Below are positions 1 to 8,311 of a stretch of 64,000 nt of DNA, in pieces. Position 1 is the stretch's first letter; every line of letters begins with the position of its first letter. The translations under genes and the position numbers were made by a program. Source of the stretch: Armatimonadota bacterium (GTDB taxonomy: Bacteria; Armatimonadota; UBA10988); NCBI GenBank assembly GCA_016235455.1, contig JACRKZ010000085.1, positions 1 through 64,000 of the forward strand. The letters are read 5' to 3'. The notes beneath the pieces were generated by a model. The model saw only the letters and a list, made by a program, of their open reading frames with translations, ran no database searches and was not told the DNA's origin.

Positions 1-1
1 G

Positions 2-1591
2 GCGCGGACCGCGCAATGGGCGCGCGCGGTGGCCCTGTGGCGCCGGGCCTATGGCGACGGCGAGCTGCTGCTCAGCCGCGCACCAGCCCGGCTCTCGCTC
101 AACCCGCACTCGGACCACCAAGGCATCTACGTGCTCTATGCCTGCCACCAGCGCGAAGTGGTGGTCGCCGCCGGCCGGCGAGATGACGGGCGGGTCGTGC
201 TCAGCCACGCCGACCCGGCCTACCAGGGCGGTCTGAGCTTCGACCTGACTACCGAGATGGCGCGCGACGCGGCCGCCTGGGACCGTGGCTGGCGAGACTA
301 CATCGAGGCCGATGCGGTGCGGCATGCCGTCGACGAGTTGCGCGACCCCAGGGGACGCTCCAGCGGCCGTACCGGCAGCCTGAACTACGTCAAGGCGGCG
401 CTGCTGCGCCTGGCACGGCGGTTCCCAGGTTGCATCGGCGGGCTCAATCTGCTGCTCGCGGGCGACATCCCGCCGGCCGCGGGCATGAGCTCGTCGAGCG
501 CCATCGTCGTGGCCTCGGCGCTCGCCGCCTTGGCTGCCGCCGGTCTGTCCATGGACCGCGCCGAGCTGACCGAACTGCTGGGCGAGGCGGAATGGTATGT
601 CGGCACGCGCGGCGGATCGGGCGACCACTCGGCCATGCTGCTGGGTCAGCTTGGGCGCTGGACCAACATCCGCTTCGAGCCGCCGCTCGGAGTGCGCGAT
701 GTGCGTCTGGCGGCGTGGCCCGACGGCTACCGCCTGTGGCTGGTCAACTCAGGTGTGCGGGCCGAGAAGTCCAGCGCCGAGAAGCGGCTGTTCAACCGCG
801 GTGTGTTCGCCTACAAGTTCGCCTATGCCGAGCTGCGCCGAGCCTTGGAGCGCCATGCCGAGGCTTGGGGTATCGAACCGGCCGTGGTGGCAGAGACGAG
901 CCGCCTGGCCGACTTCAATGTCGAACGGCTGCCGCTGCACCGGCTCTACGACCTGCTTCTGGAGTTGCCGGCCTACGCCTCCGCCGGCGAGTTGCGTGAC
1001 CGGTATGACGGCGCGTTCCATGCAGCCGCGCGGAGCTTCTTCGACACCGACGACCTGGCCGACCTGCCCGAGTCGTTTCCGCTGCGCGGCGCCGCGGTCT
1101 ACGGCCTGGGGCGCGCCGACCGTGGCCTGACCCAGGACCAGTTGCTGGCCCGTGGCGATGCGGACGCCATCGCCGAGTTTGGCCGGCTGATGACCATCAC
1201 CCACGATGGCGACCGTCTGTTCAGCCGGCTGTCGGACGGCACGGCGGTGCGTTACGACGGCCACGACCTGACATTGTCAGACGACGCGCTGGCCGCCATG
1301 CGCGACCTGGCCGCCGCCCAGCCGACGCACCAGGCGGTGCAGCTGCGCGAGCAGGCGGGATTCTACGGCGCCAGCATCGAGCCGCTCGACCGCCTCGTCG
1401 ACACCGCTCTGGCGCAGCCCGGCGTTCTGGGCGCGGGCCTCATGGGCGCCGGCGGCGGCGGCGTGGTGCTCGTCCTGGGCGATGCTCAGGCCGACGGCGA
1501 GGCGCTGGCCGAGGTACTGCTCGCGGAACTGCCGGGCGCCACCGTGGAGCCCTGGCGGCCAGCGGCGGGAGCCGGCGTGGTGGACGGCTGA
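2..1591 (+). CDS. GHMP-family sugar kinase (galactokinase-like), probably 5'-truncated by the window edge
   Basis: Motifs GDIPPAAGMSSSSA, GTRGGSGDH and GAGLMGAGGGG; frame is open from position 2, ORF track starts at GTG 29. Confidence 0.8.
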   Translation, partial: ARTAQWARAVALWRRAYGDGELLLSRAPARLSLNPHSDHQGIYVLYACHQREVVVAAGRRDDGRVVLSHADPAYQGGLSFDLTTEMARDAAAWDRGWRDYIEADAVRHAVDELRDPRGRSSGRTGSLNYVKAALLRLARRFPGCIGGLNLLLAGDIPPAAGMSSSSAIVVASALAALAAAGLSMDRAELTELLGEAEWYVGTRGGSGDHSAMLLGQLGRWTNIRFEPPLGVRDVRLAAWPDGYRLWLVNSGVRAEKSSAEKRLFNRGVFAYKFAYAELRRALERHAEAWGIEPAVVAETSRLADFNVERLPLHRLYDLLLELPAYASAGELRDRYDGAFHAAARSFFDTDDLADLPESFPLRGAAVYGLGRADRGLTQDQLLARGDADAIAEFGRLMTITHDGDRLFSRLSDGTAVRYDGHDLTLSDDALAAMRDLAAAQPTHQAVQLREQAGFYGASIEPLDRLVDTALAQPGVLGAGLMGAGGGGVVLVLGDAQADGEALAEVLLAELPGATVEPWRPAAGAGVVDG

Positions 1592-1678
1592 CACATCGGG
1601 TAACGGGGCACCATACTGCTCGAAGGCCGGTCTACCGGCCGCCGCGGGCAGCACCGCGGTGCCTCGAAAGGAAACCCG

Positions 1679-2479
1679 ATGCGATATACACCCAAGCAGC
1701 GTTGGCGTCGTCGAGCCGCGCTGTTGGTCCTCTGTCTGGCCACCGTGGCCGTTCTGCCGGCCTGCTCCAGCGGCAGCGGCGCGTCTTTCGCCAACGGCGA
1801 CTCGGCCACGGTGTTCGGTGGCACGGTCAACACCTTCGCCCGCACGGCTGACGGGCTGGTGCGCAGTGCCGGCATGAGCCTGCCGCTGACCACCGTGGCC
1901 GCCGCGCCGGCCTCACGCCAGAACCACGGCGAGGGCACCGGGCCGGCCGGCGCCTGGGCCGTGCTCGACTTCCCCGCCAGCACGCAGCAGACCACCGTGC
2001 TCAACCACGCGGAGATCCACTGGAACATGCACGGACATCCGCCGAACGTGTTCGCGGTGCCGCACTTCGACTTCCACTTCTACACCATCCCCGAGCATCA
2101 TGTGATGGCCATCACGCCGGCCGACACCCATGTGCCGGCCGCCAACCGCGTGCCCGCCGGCTACAGCAATGCCGACAGCGTACAGGCCTACCAGGCGCAG
2201 ATCGTGCCGCAGATGGGCTTCCACTCGCTGTTGCTGGCCGACCTGGGCAAGCCGTTCACCGCGACGATGGTGCTCGGCTACTACGGTGGCTCGCTGATCT
2301 TCATCGAGCCGATGATCACCCAGGAGCACCTGCTGATGCGGCAGTCGTTCACCATGGACGTGGCCGTGCCGCCGGTGTTCGGGCGGTCGACGCTCTATCC
2401 GACGCGCTTCGTAGCCACCTACGACCCGGGTGCCGACGCTTACCAGATGCTCTTCGACTCGTTCGTCCACGTCAACTGA
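1679..2479 (+). CDS. DUF5602-like His-rich lipoprotein
   Basis: Lipobox-like VLPAC; motifs HWNMHGHPP, PHFDFHFY, VPQMGFH, FIEPMIT. Confidence 0.7.
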   Translation: MRYTPKQRWRRRAALLVLCLATVAVLPACSSGSGASFANGDSATVFGGTVNTFARTADGLVRSAGMSLPLTTVAAAPASRQNHGEGTGPAGAWAVLDFPASTQQTTVLNHAEIHWNMHGHPPNVFAVPHFDFHFYTIPEHHVMAITPADTHVPAANRVPAGYSNADSVQAYQAQIVPQMGFHSLLLADLGKPFTATMVLGYYGGSLIFIEPMITQEHLLMRQSFTMDVAVPPVFGRSTLYPTRFVATYDPGADAYQMLFDSFVHVN

Positions 2480-2486
2480 CGCTCAT

Positions 2487-2525
2487 GGCTGGGATGGCCC
2501 GTCACAGCGACGGGTCGTCCCAGCC
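2487..2525 (+). terminator. Stem-loop directly after the DUF5602-like gene (terminator-like, no U-tract)
   Basis: GGCTGGGATGGCCCGTC-acagc-GACGGGTCGTCCCAGCC, 17-bp stem with G-U pairs. Confidence 0.4.
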
Positions 2526-2772
2526 CTGGCCGGAGGCGTCCACACGAAAGGCTTGCCAGAGCCGGCGGGCCTCGTCATCGTGGGTCCGCCTCCAGGCGAA
2601 TGGCGGTTCCGCGCGCCGATGATCGGCCTGCAAATTGGCCGTGGTCCGAAGGACCACCATTGGCCGCCGGGCCACTGCAATGTCGACCTGCGGCTTCGCC
2701 GCCGGCCGATGCCAATCTGGCGTTTGGCGTACCGGCACCCGCGGCACTGACCGGCCGATGGAGGCGCCATCA

Positions 2773-2830
2773 GCCTTCAGGCGATTGGCCAGCGATTCGC
2801 GGACAACCGCCTGAAGGCGGGACTACCAAC
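2773..2830. repeat. GTAG-type REP doublet (REPIN-like)
   Basis: Minus strand 2826-2807 reads GTAGTC-CCGCCT-TC-AGGCGG; inverted partial partner GCCTTCAGGCG at 2773-2783. Confidence 0.6.
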
Positions 2831-2838
2831 TCGGCATC

Positions 2839-3630
2839 CTACCCCTCGTCATACCCCTTCAACTCGCGCACCCAGATGTTGCGATACCGAACGGGGTTGC
2901 CGTGGTCCTGGATATGGATCGGGCCCTTGACATCGTGCCGCTGGTACTGGGAAAGCGCACGGAACCGCATCGGACCCTTGGGCGCGGTATGGTTGTGCAC
3001 CACCACGCCATTGAACAGTACCGTGAAGTAGGCCGGCGTCTCCACCTCGTTGCCGGCCTCGCCCTTGAAGCGCGGCGCGGTCCACAGGATGTCGTAGCTA
3101 TTCCACTCGCCCGGCTTGCGGCAGACGTTGGCCAGCGGCGGGAACTGGCCGTAGATGGCGGCGGCCATGCCGTCGGCGTAGGTCTTGTTCTCGTAGCAGT
3201 CGAGCACCTGAATCTCGTAGTCGCCACAGAGGAAGACACCGCTGTTACCGCGGCCCTGGTCAGTGCCGTTGGGCGGGTTGGGCGAGGACCACTCCACGTG
3301 CAACTGGCAGTCGCCGAAGCTCTGCTTGGTCCAAGCATCGCCGCCGCCCACGGTCATGGCGCCATCGGCCACCTTGAAGGTGCAGGGCTTGCCGTCGCCG
3401 GCGCGCCAGGCGTCAGTGTTGGTGCCATCGAACAGCACCACGGCGTCCGACGGCGGTGCCACGGACACGGCCGGACCGGGCGTGACCACCGGCGGCTGCG
3501 GGCGAGTGCCGTCGTGCACGCGCCACTTGGAGCCGGGGTAGAAGGGCGTGTCGTCGTAGCCCAGCCCAATCACCACACCCGCGCCCAGCACGAGGCCCAG
3601 GCCCAGCAACACGCCGAAGCGCTTGGTCAT
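2839..3630 (-). CDS. DUF1080 (3-keto-glycoside hydrolase/lyase-like) secreted protein
   Basis: True start MTKRFGVLL with a signal peptide; motifs LFDG, FGDCQLHVEW, GNSGVF, YEIQVLD, GEWNSYDI, IQDHGNPVRYRNIW. The ORF track extension to 4674 is spurious. Confidence 0.85.
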   Translation of the reverse strand: MTKRFGVLLGLGLVLGAGVVIGLGYDDTPFYPGSKWRVHDGTRPQPPVVTPGPAVSVAPPSDAVVLFDGTNTDAWRAGDGKPCTFKVADGAMTVGGGDAWTKQSFGDCQLHVEWSSPNPPNGTDQGRGNSGVFLCGDYEIQVLDCYENKTYADGMAAAIYGQFPPLANVCRKPGEWNSYDILWTAPRFKGEAGNEVETPAYFTVLFNGVVVHNHTAPKGPMRFRALSQYQRHDVKGPIHIQDHGNPVRYRNIWVRELKGYDEG

Positions 3631-3632
3631 CA

Positions 3633-6449
3633 CTATCCTCCCGTCAGCAGCCCGGCCCAAGCCGTGCGCAGTTGCTGCAATTGCTTCTCTTCGTCGGCGC
3701 TGTAGCTGCCCTGCCGCTGGCCGTAGGTGTCGATCCAGGTGACCAGGGCATCGAGATCGGCGCCCGCCAGCTTCACGCCCTGATGCCCTTCCGGCGTCGC
3801 CAACAGCTTCATCAGTGCGCTGTTGCGGGCCTCGCCATCGCCCGGCAGCGAGCGGCCCGCGCCGTAGCGCGCCTTGACCTGGTCTCGCAGGCTGGGCCGG
3901 CCGTAGCCGAACAGCATGTCGTAGGACCGGGCCGCGGTCAGATCGACCGACGGCGACTTGCCGCCCGGCTGGTGGCAGGTCACGCAGAGCTTGTCCAGCA
4001 CCGGCTGCACCAGCTTGTCGTAGCGCAGCGGCCAGGAGCCTGCCGGCCCCGGCGTGATGCTCGACGGCCGGTGCCGCGTGGCCTGCGGGCGGCTGTTGGC
4101 CGGTGAGGTCTGGCGCGGCTCGTGGCAGCCGGCGCACGACTGCGTCTGGCCGGGCATGACGCTGGTCAGCGTGCGCATGGTGCGGATGGCCATGCCGTCG
4201 GCGTCGAGCGCTTGCAGGAAGACGCCTACGCCCGCCGGCGCGCGGAAGAAGGCCGAGCCGTCGGCCTCCACCGGCACGGTGCCCAGCACGCACTTGCCCG
4301 GATCGTCGGCGGTGCCGCCCAGGTTCGGCGTGTTCATGTTCGGCTGAGTCTTGATTGGCGTGGTCACCACGCGCAGCCGCTTGATGCTGCCCCGCGGCAC
4401 GTTGGGCATGCCATCGTAGGCGTTGAGCACCAGGAAATTGCCCTCCGGCGCGCCTGCCCAGTTGACGTGGCTGGTCAGGTCGGGTGGCGCGTGGCGCGCT
4501 TTGAGCGGCATCGGGTAGTTGCTGGAAATGGTCGCGTCGCGGTGGATCAGTTCCAGGTTGCCGAAGGCATCGTAGTAGTAGAGGCCGAAGCCGTTGACCG
4601 CGTTGCCGCCGCCCTGGCCGTTGAGCGCCTGGTTGCTCCAGGCGGTCAGGTAGTAACGCTCGGAGAGCGGCCACGGGTTGGCATAGAACGCCGCCGGCCA
4701 GCCCTGGACTTCGGGGTAGACCACCTCGGGCGTCAGCTTGGTCAGCGGCTCGGGACCATCGAGCCCCTTGGCCGGGTCGAGCATGACCAGGCTGCCGCCG
4801 GTGATGCTGTGGTGCGCCGTGGCGGTGAATACCATGCGGCGCGAGTTGGGGATGGAGCGCGCCTCAAACACGCCATGCAGGTGCGTGGTGTAGTTGCCAT
4901 AGACCGCCTGCACGTTGCTGCCGTCGGGATTGGCCGACCACAGGCCCATGTATGGCATGTTGTTGCGGTCGACATAGTCCCACCGGGCATAGAGGATGCG
5001 GCCGTCGTCGGCGATGCTCGGGGTCCACTCGAAGCTCTCGAACGGCGAGATCGGCTTGAGGTCGGTGCCATCGGGGTTGATCGTGTGCAGGGTGTAGATG
5101 GACACCGGCCGGTAGGCGTCGCCGCCGCAACGCACGTAGCTGTCGGGCAGCGTGCTGGTCAGGCTGGCCTGCGTCGTGCCGGGCAGGCACTGGGCGAACT
5201 GACTGCGCCGCGTGGACAGGAAGACAAGCTGGCCGTTGGGCAGGTAGCGCGAATCGAAGTCGTCGTAACGGCCATGGGTGATCTGGTGCAGGCCCGTGCC
5301 GTCGACGTTGATCTCGAACACGTGGTAGAAGCCGTCCTCAGGCAGCTTGTCCTTGTCCACCTTGTCCGGCCGCCCGGCCAGGTCGGGGTAGTACCGGCAC
5401 CAGGCGAAGGTGATCTTCTTGCCGTCCCACGACAGGTCGGGCGACATGACGCTGCCCGGCGGCAGGTCAGGCGTCAGGCTGCGCACCTGCGGCGCGCCGG
5501 ACTTGAGCCCGTCGAGCACGTAGAGCCCGCCACCAGGCCGTGACCACCAGCCGTAGTGCTGGTCCGACTGATGGCTGAACGAGCCCGGCGCGCGCTTGGC
5601 GAAGACGAGTTGGTCAAAGTCGAGCAGCGGATTGCTGAACGCCAGGTCGCGCACCACCCAGCGCGTCTCGAAGTACAGCGCCCGCTTCCCGGCGTCGTCC
5701 AGCGTCTCCCACTCCCGGTCGACCCGCTGGCCCAGGCTGTTGAGCTTGGCGGCGGCGGCCGCCGCGGCGGTCACACCGGCCGCGCTCAGGTCGCCGGCGA
5801 GCTTCGTGCCGCGCTCCAGCACGGTGCGCACGGGATAGCCAGCGGCCTTGGGCGCCAGATGCCGAACCGACCACTGGCTCAGGCTGCACTGGTCAGCCGG
5901 CATGCCCAGGGCGATATTGGTCTTGGGGTCGGCGGCGGCGTAGACCTCCACCTCATCGAGGTTGAAGTACTGCGTGCTGGGAACCTGGAAGCGCAGGTAC
6001 CGCGCGGACTGGCCCTTCAGGTCGATGTTCAGCGGCTTCTTGTCGTTGTAGCCATAGAACATCACGTCGTCGTGGCGGTAGACACGCTTCCAGGTCTTGC
6101 CGTCGTCGGAGCTGTAGGCCTCAAAAGCGCGGGTGCGGTCGGCGGTGCCGACCCGGTTGTAGACCAGGGCATGGTCCAACGCCACGGCCTGGCCGAGATC
6201 CACCTGCCACCAGGGATTGGCCTGGTTGTTGGTGTGGAATCCCCACTCGCCGTTGATCACGCCGTCGACGGCGCCGGCGGCGTCCTCGGCGGTGTTCATG
6301 GCCACCGCCGTTTGGCCGCGGAGCTTGTCTTGGGTCAGCCAGTCAGCCTCCACCTGCGCGCGGAACTCAGCCTGAGTAGCCGCCCAAGAGGGCAGCGCCA
6401 TCACGAGTACGACCAGCCACCGGACACGCATCGTCCGTCTCCCGATCAC
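3633..6449 (-). CDS. HzsA-like protein: signal peptide, F5/8-type C (discoidin) domain, TolB-like beta-propeller, hydrazine synthase alpha middle domain, two CxxCH haem motifs
   Basis: WWQVDLG...RYLRF (F5/8); PDLSWDG and DGRILYARWDYVDR (propeller); LGTVPVEADGSAFFRAP...FLQALDADG; CAGCH and CVTCH. Alternative start ATG 6431. Confidence 0.8.
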   Translation of the reverse strand: MIGRRTMRVRWLVVLVMALPSWAATQAEFRAQVEADWLTQDKLRGQTAVAMNTAEDAAGAVDGVINGEWGFHTNNQANPWWQVDLGQAVALDHALVYNRVGTADRTRAFEAYSSDDGKTWKRVYRHDDVMFYGYNDKKPLNIDLKGQSARYLRFQVPSTQYFNLDEVEVYAAADPKTNIALGMPADQCSLSQWSVRHLAPKAAGYPVRTVLERGTKLAGDLSAAGVTAAAAAAAKLNSLGQRVDREWETLDDAGKRALYFETRWVVRDLAFSNPLLDFDQLVFAKRAPGSFSHQSDQHYGWWSRPGGGLYVLDGLKSGAPQVRSLTPDLPPGSVMSPDLSWDGKKITFAWCRYYPDLAGRPDKVDKDKLPEDGFYHVFEINVDGTGLHQITHGRYDDFDSRYLPNGQLVFLSTRRSQFAQCLPGTTQASLTSTLPDSYVRCGGDAYRPVSIYTLHTINPDGTDLKPISPFESFEWTPSIADDGRILYARWDYVDRNNMPYMGLWSANPDGSNVQAVYGNYTTHLHGVFEARSIPNSRRMVFTATAHHSITGGSLVMLDPAKGLDGPEPLTKLTPEVVYPEVQGWPAAFYANPWPLSERYYLTAWSNQALNGQGGGNAVNGFGLYYYDAFGNLELIHRDATISSNYPMPLKARHAPPDLTSHVNWAGAPEGNFLVLNAYDGMPNVPRGSIKRLRVVTTPIKTQPNMNTPNLGGTADDPGKCVLGTVPVEADGSAFFRAPAGVGVFLQALDADGMAIRTMRTLTSVMPGQTQSCAGCHEPRQTSPANSRPQATRHRPSSITPGPAGSWPLRYDKLVQPVLDKLCVTCHQPGGKSPSVDLTAARSYDMLFGYGRPSLRDQVKARYGAGRSLPGDGEARNSALMKLLATPEGHQGVKLAGADLDALVTWIDTYGQRQGSYSADEEKQLQQLRTAWAGLLTGG

Positions 6450-8177
6450 AATGATCGCAGATACGCCAGTAGGGCGTCGATCTCCTCCGGCCGCAGATGG
6501 GCCGTATGTCCGTGCCGCTCGCCACGGTTACGCGTGGTCAGCACGTCGCGCAGCGACACTGCCGAACCGTCATGCAGGTACGGCGCCGTGCGCCACAACT
6601 CGCTTGCGGCCCGCCGCCGCCACCGGCGCCAGCCGGCCACCCACCAGGTACGGGCTCGGCTCGGGCACCAGCGACCGCAGGTAGGCCTGCACGTCGGCCA
6701 GGTCGCCCGGCTCGGGCTGCCGGAACAGGATGTATTTGAACCCCGCCTCGGCGGCGACCTCCATGTCGGCGCGCACCCCGTGGGCCATGCTCGGCGGCGT
6801 CCTGGCCGACCAGACCAACGACTTGGTCGACTTCGGGTTGCCGATACCGTCGTTGAGCAGGTCCCAGTTGAGCCCGTCGGCACGCGCGTTGGGGTGGCAA
6901 CTCGCGCAGCTCAGCCAGCCCTGGAAGCTCTGGCGGCCGTCATGGAACAACCGCTCGCCGCGTCGCTCGGCCGTGTCCTTGGCCGGCGCGCCGCGCAGGA
7001 CCGAGTACGGGCCCTGCAGCGACGAGCCGCCCGCGGCCACCATGCCGCTGAAGGCATTGGCCAGGGCCAACTGTCCCTGGCTGGACACGGCGACCGTGCG
7101 CCAGCCCGCTTCGCCCGGGCCGGACCGCGAGATGGCCTCGGCCTGCACCAGCGCGGCCAGGTCGTTGACCAGTTCCATGCGCCGCTCGGGCTGCTCGGCG
7201 ATGCCCAGCCACAGGTTGCGGCTGGTGATGGCGTACTCGCCCGACAACCTGGCTGCCGCCCAATCGGTCGGCAGCTTGCCCGCCAACAGCGGATGCAGGC
7301 GGGCCAGATCGACCCGCGCCAGTTGGCCAATGCCGGACAGGACCACCCAGAGCGTCTGGCCATCGCCCGACAGCGCCATGCCCCAGGGGTCGGCCGCGCC
7401 GCGGGTCGGCTCGTCGAGCAGGAAGGTGGTGTACAGCCGGCGCTCGGCCAGGTCGATGATGCTGACCGCATTGGTGCTCACCCAGCCGCGGTCGAGTTGC
7501 GTGGGCAGCAGATTGTAGCGACCGACCAGGTGCGCCACGTAGGCCCACCGGCCGTCGGGCGAGATGCACACCGAGCGCGCCGCGGTGGCGCCGGCCGGCA
7601 GCTTGACAGTCGCTGCCGCGGCGCCGCTGGGCAGATCGACGAGTTGCACCGCGACGGCGTTGTCTTCGGTGGTCGCGTCGCCGCCGGGCAGCAGCGGTAC
7701 TACCACCGCCAGCGACTCGTCGGGCGTCACGGCCACGGCTTCGGGTTGCCCGGCTACCGCCAGGCTGCCGTGCGGCTGGCCGTCGCTCAGGCCGGTGAGA
7801 GACAATCCCTCCAGGTTGCACGCCAGAAGCAGGCCATGTTTGGGCGCCAGGGCCAGGCCCTGCGGCCGCGGACCGACCGCCCAGCGTCGCAAGCCCCGGC
7901 CGGTGGCTGCGTCGAACAGGCCCACCGTGCCGCCCAGCACATCGGCCACCCAGAGCCGATCGCCACGCAGCACCAGGCCGCTGGGTCGGGGCAGCTTGAC
8001 CTGTCGCGCATCACGACCGGAACGGTAGTCAACCCAGTGCAGCAGGTTGTCACCGTGGTCGGCCACCACGAACTGAGCGCCGTCCGCGGTGAAGGCCAAA
8101 GCCTGGGGCCGCGGCGAGGCACAGACCACCGCGGCGGCCAGTAGACCTGACAGCGCCACCAGACAACGCTTGGGCAC
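6446..8177 (-). pseudogene. YVTN/YncE beta-propeller fused to a cytochrome c peroxidase/MauG-like domain, disrupted near 6602
   Basis: GTG 8177 with GGGGAG RBS; propeller repeats; LSCASCHP, NPKSTKSL. The frame ends at 6570, while the conserved tail ELWRTAPYLHDG...LLAYLRSL continues in another frame to 6446; the expected second CxxCH is absent. Confidence 0.7.
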
Positions 8178-8311
8178 GCGACACTCCCCTACCCGGCTCG
8201 CGCGAGCCGGCTGATGGGTACTGACGATCATTGAGCGGTGCATGTTTCGCACATTCCCAGGGAATGACAGGAGCCCTGCCCGACGCGGACAATGTTTGCG
8301 TGGAGACCGTC

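Noticed and set aside
3631-4674. N-terminal extension making the DUF1080 ORF 611 aa
   Set aside because: Overlaps the HzsA-like gene in another frame; the real start is ATG 3630 with signal peptide and RBS
6590-6615. Programmed ribosomal frameshift at the broken cytochrome gene
   Set aside because: No slippery heptamer, and a conserved block appears missing, so a frameshift alone would not restore the protein
3633-8177. Interpretation as true anammox capability
   Set aside because: No hydrazine dehydrogenase or other anammox genes in the window, heterotrophic gene context, added carbohydrate-binding-type domain, and a broken beta-gamma-like gene
8252-8266. CATTCCC-A-GGGAATG palindrome upstream of the sulfatase
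   Set aside because: Single short palindrome with no supporting promoter geometry; insufficient evidence
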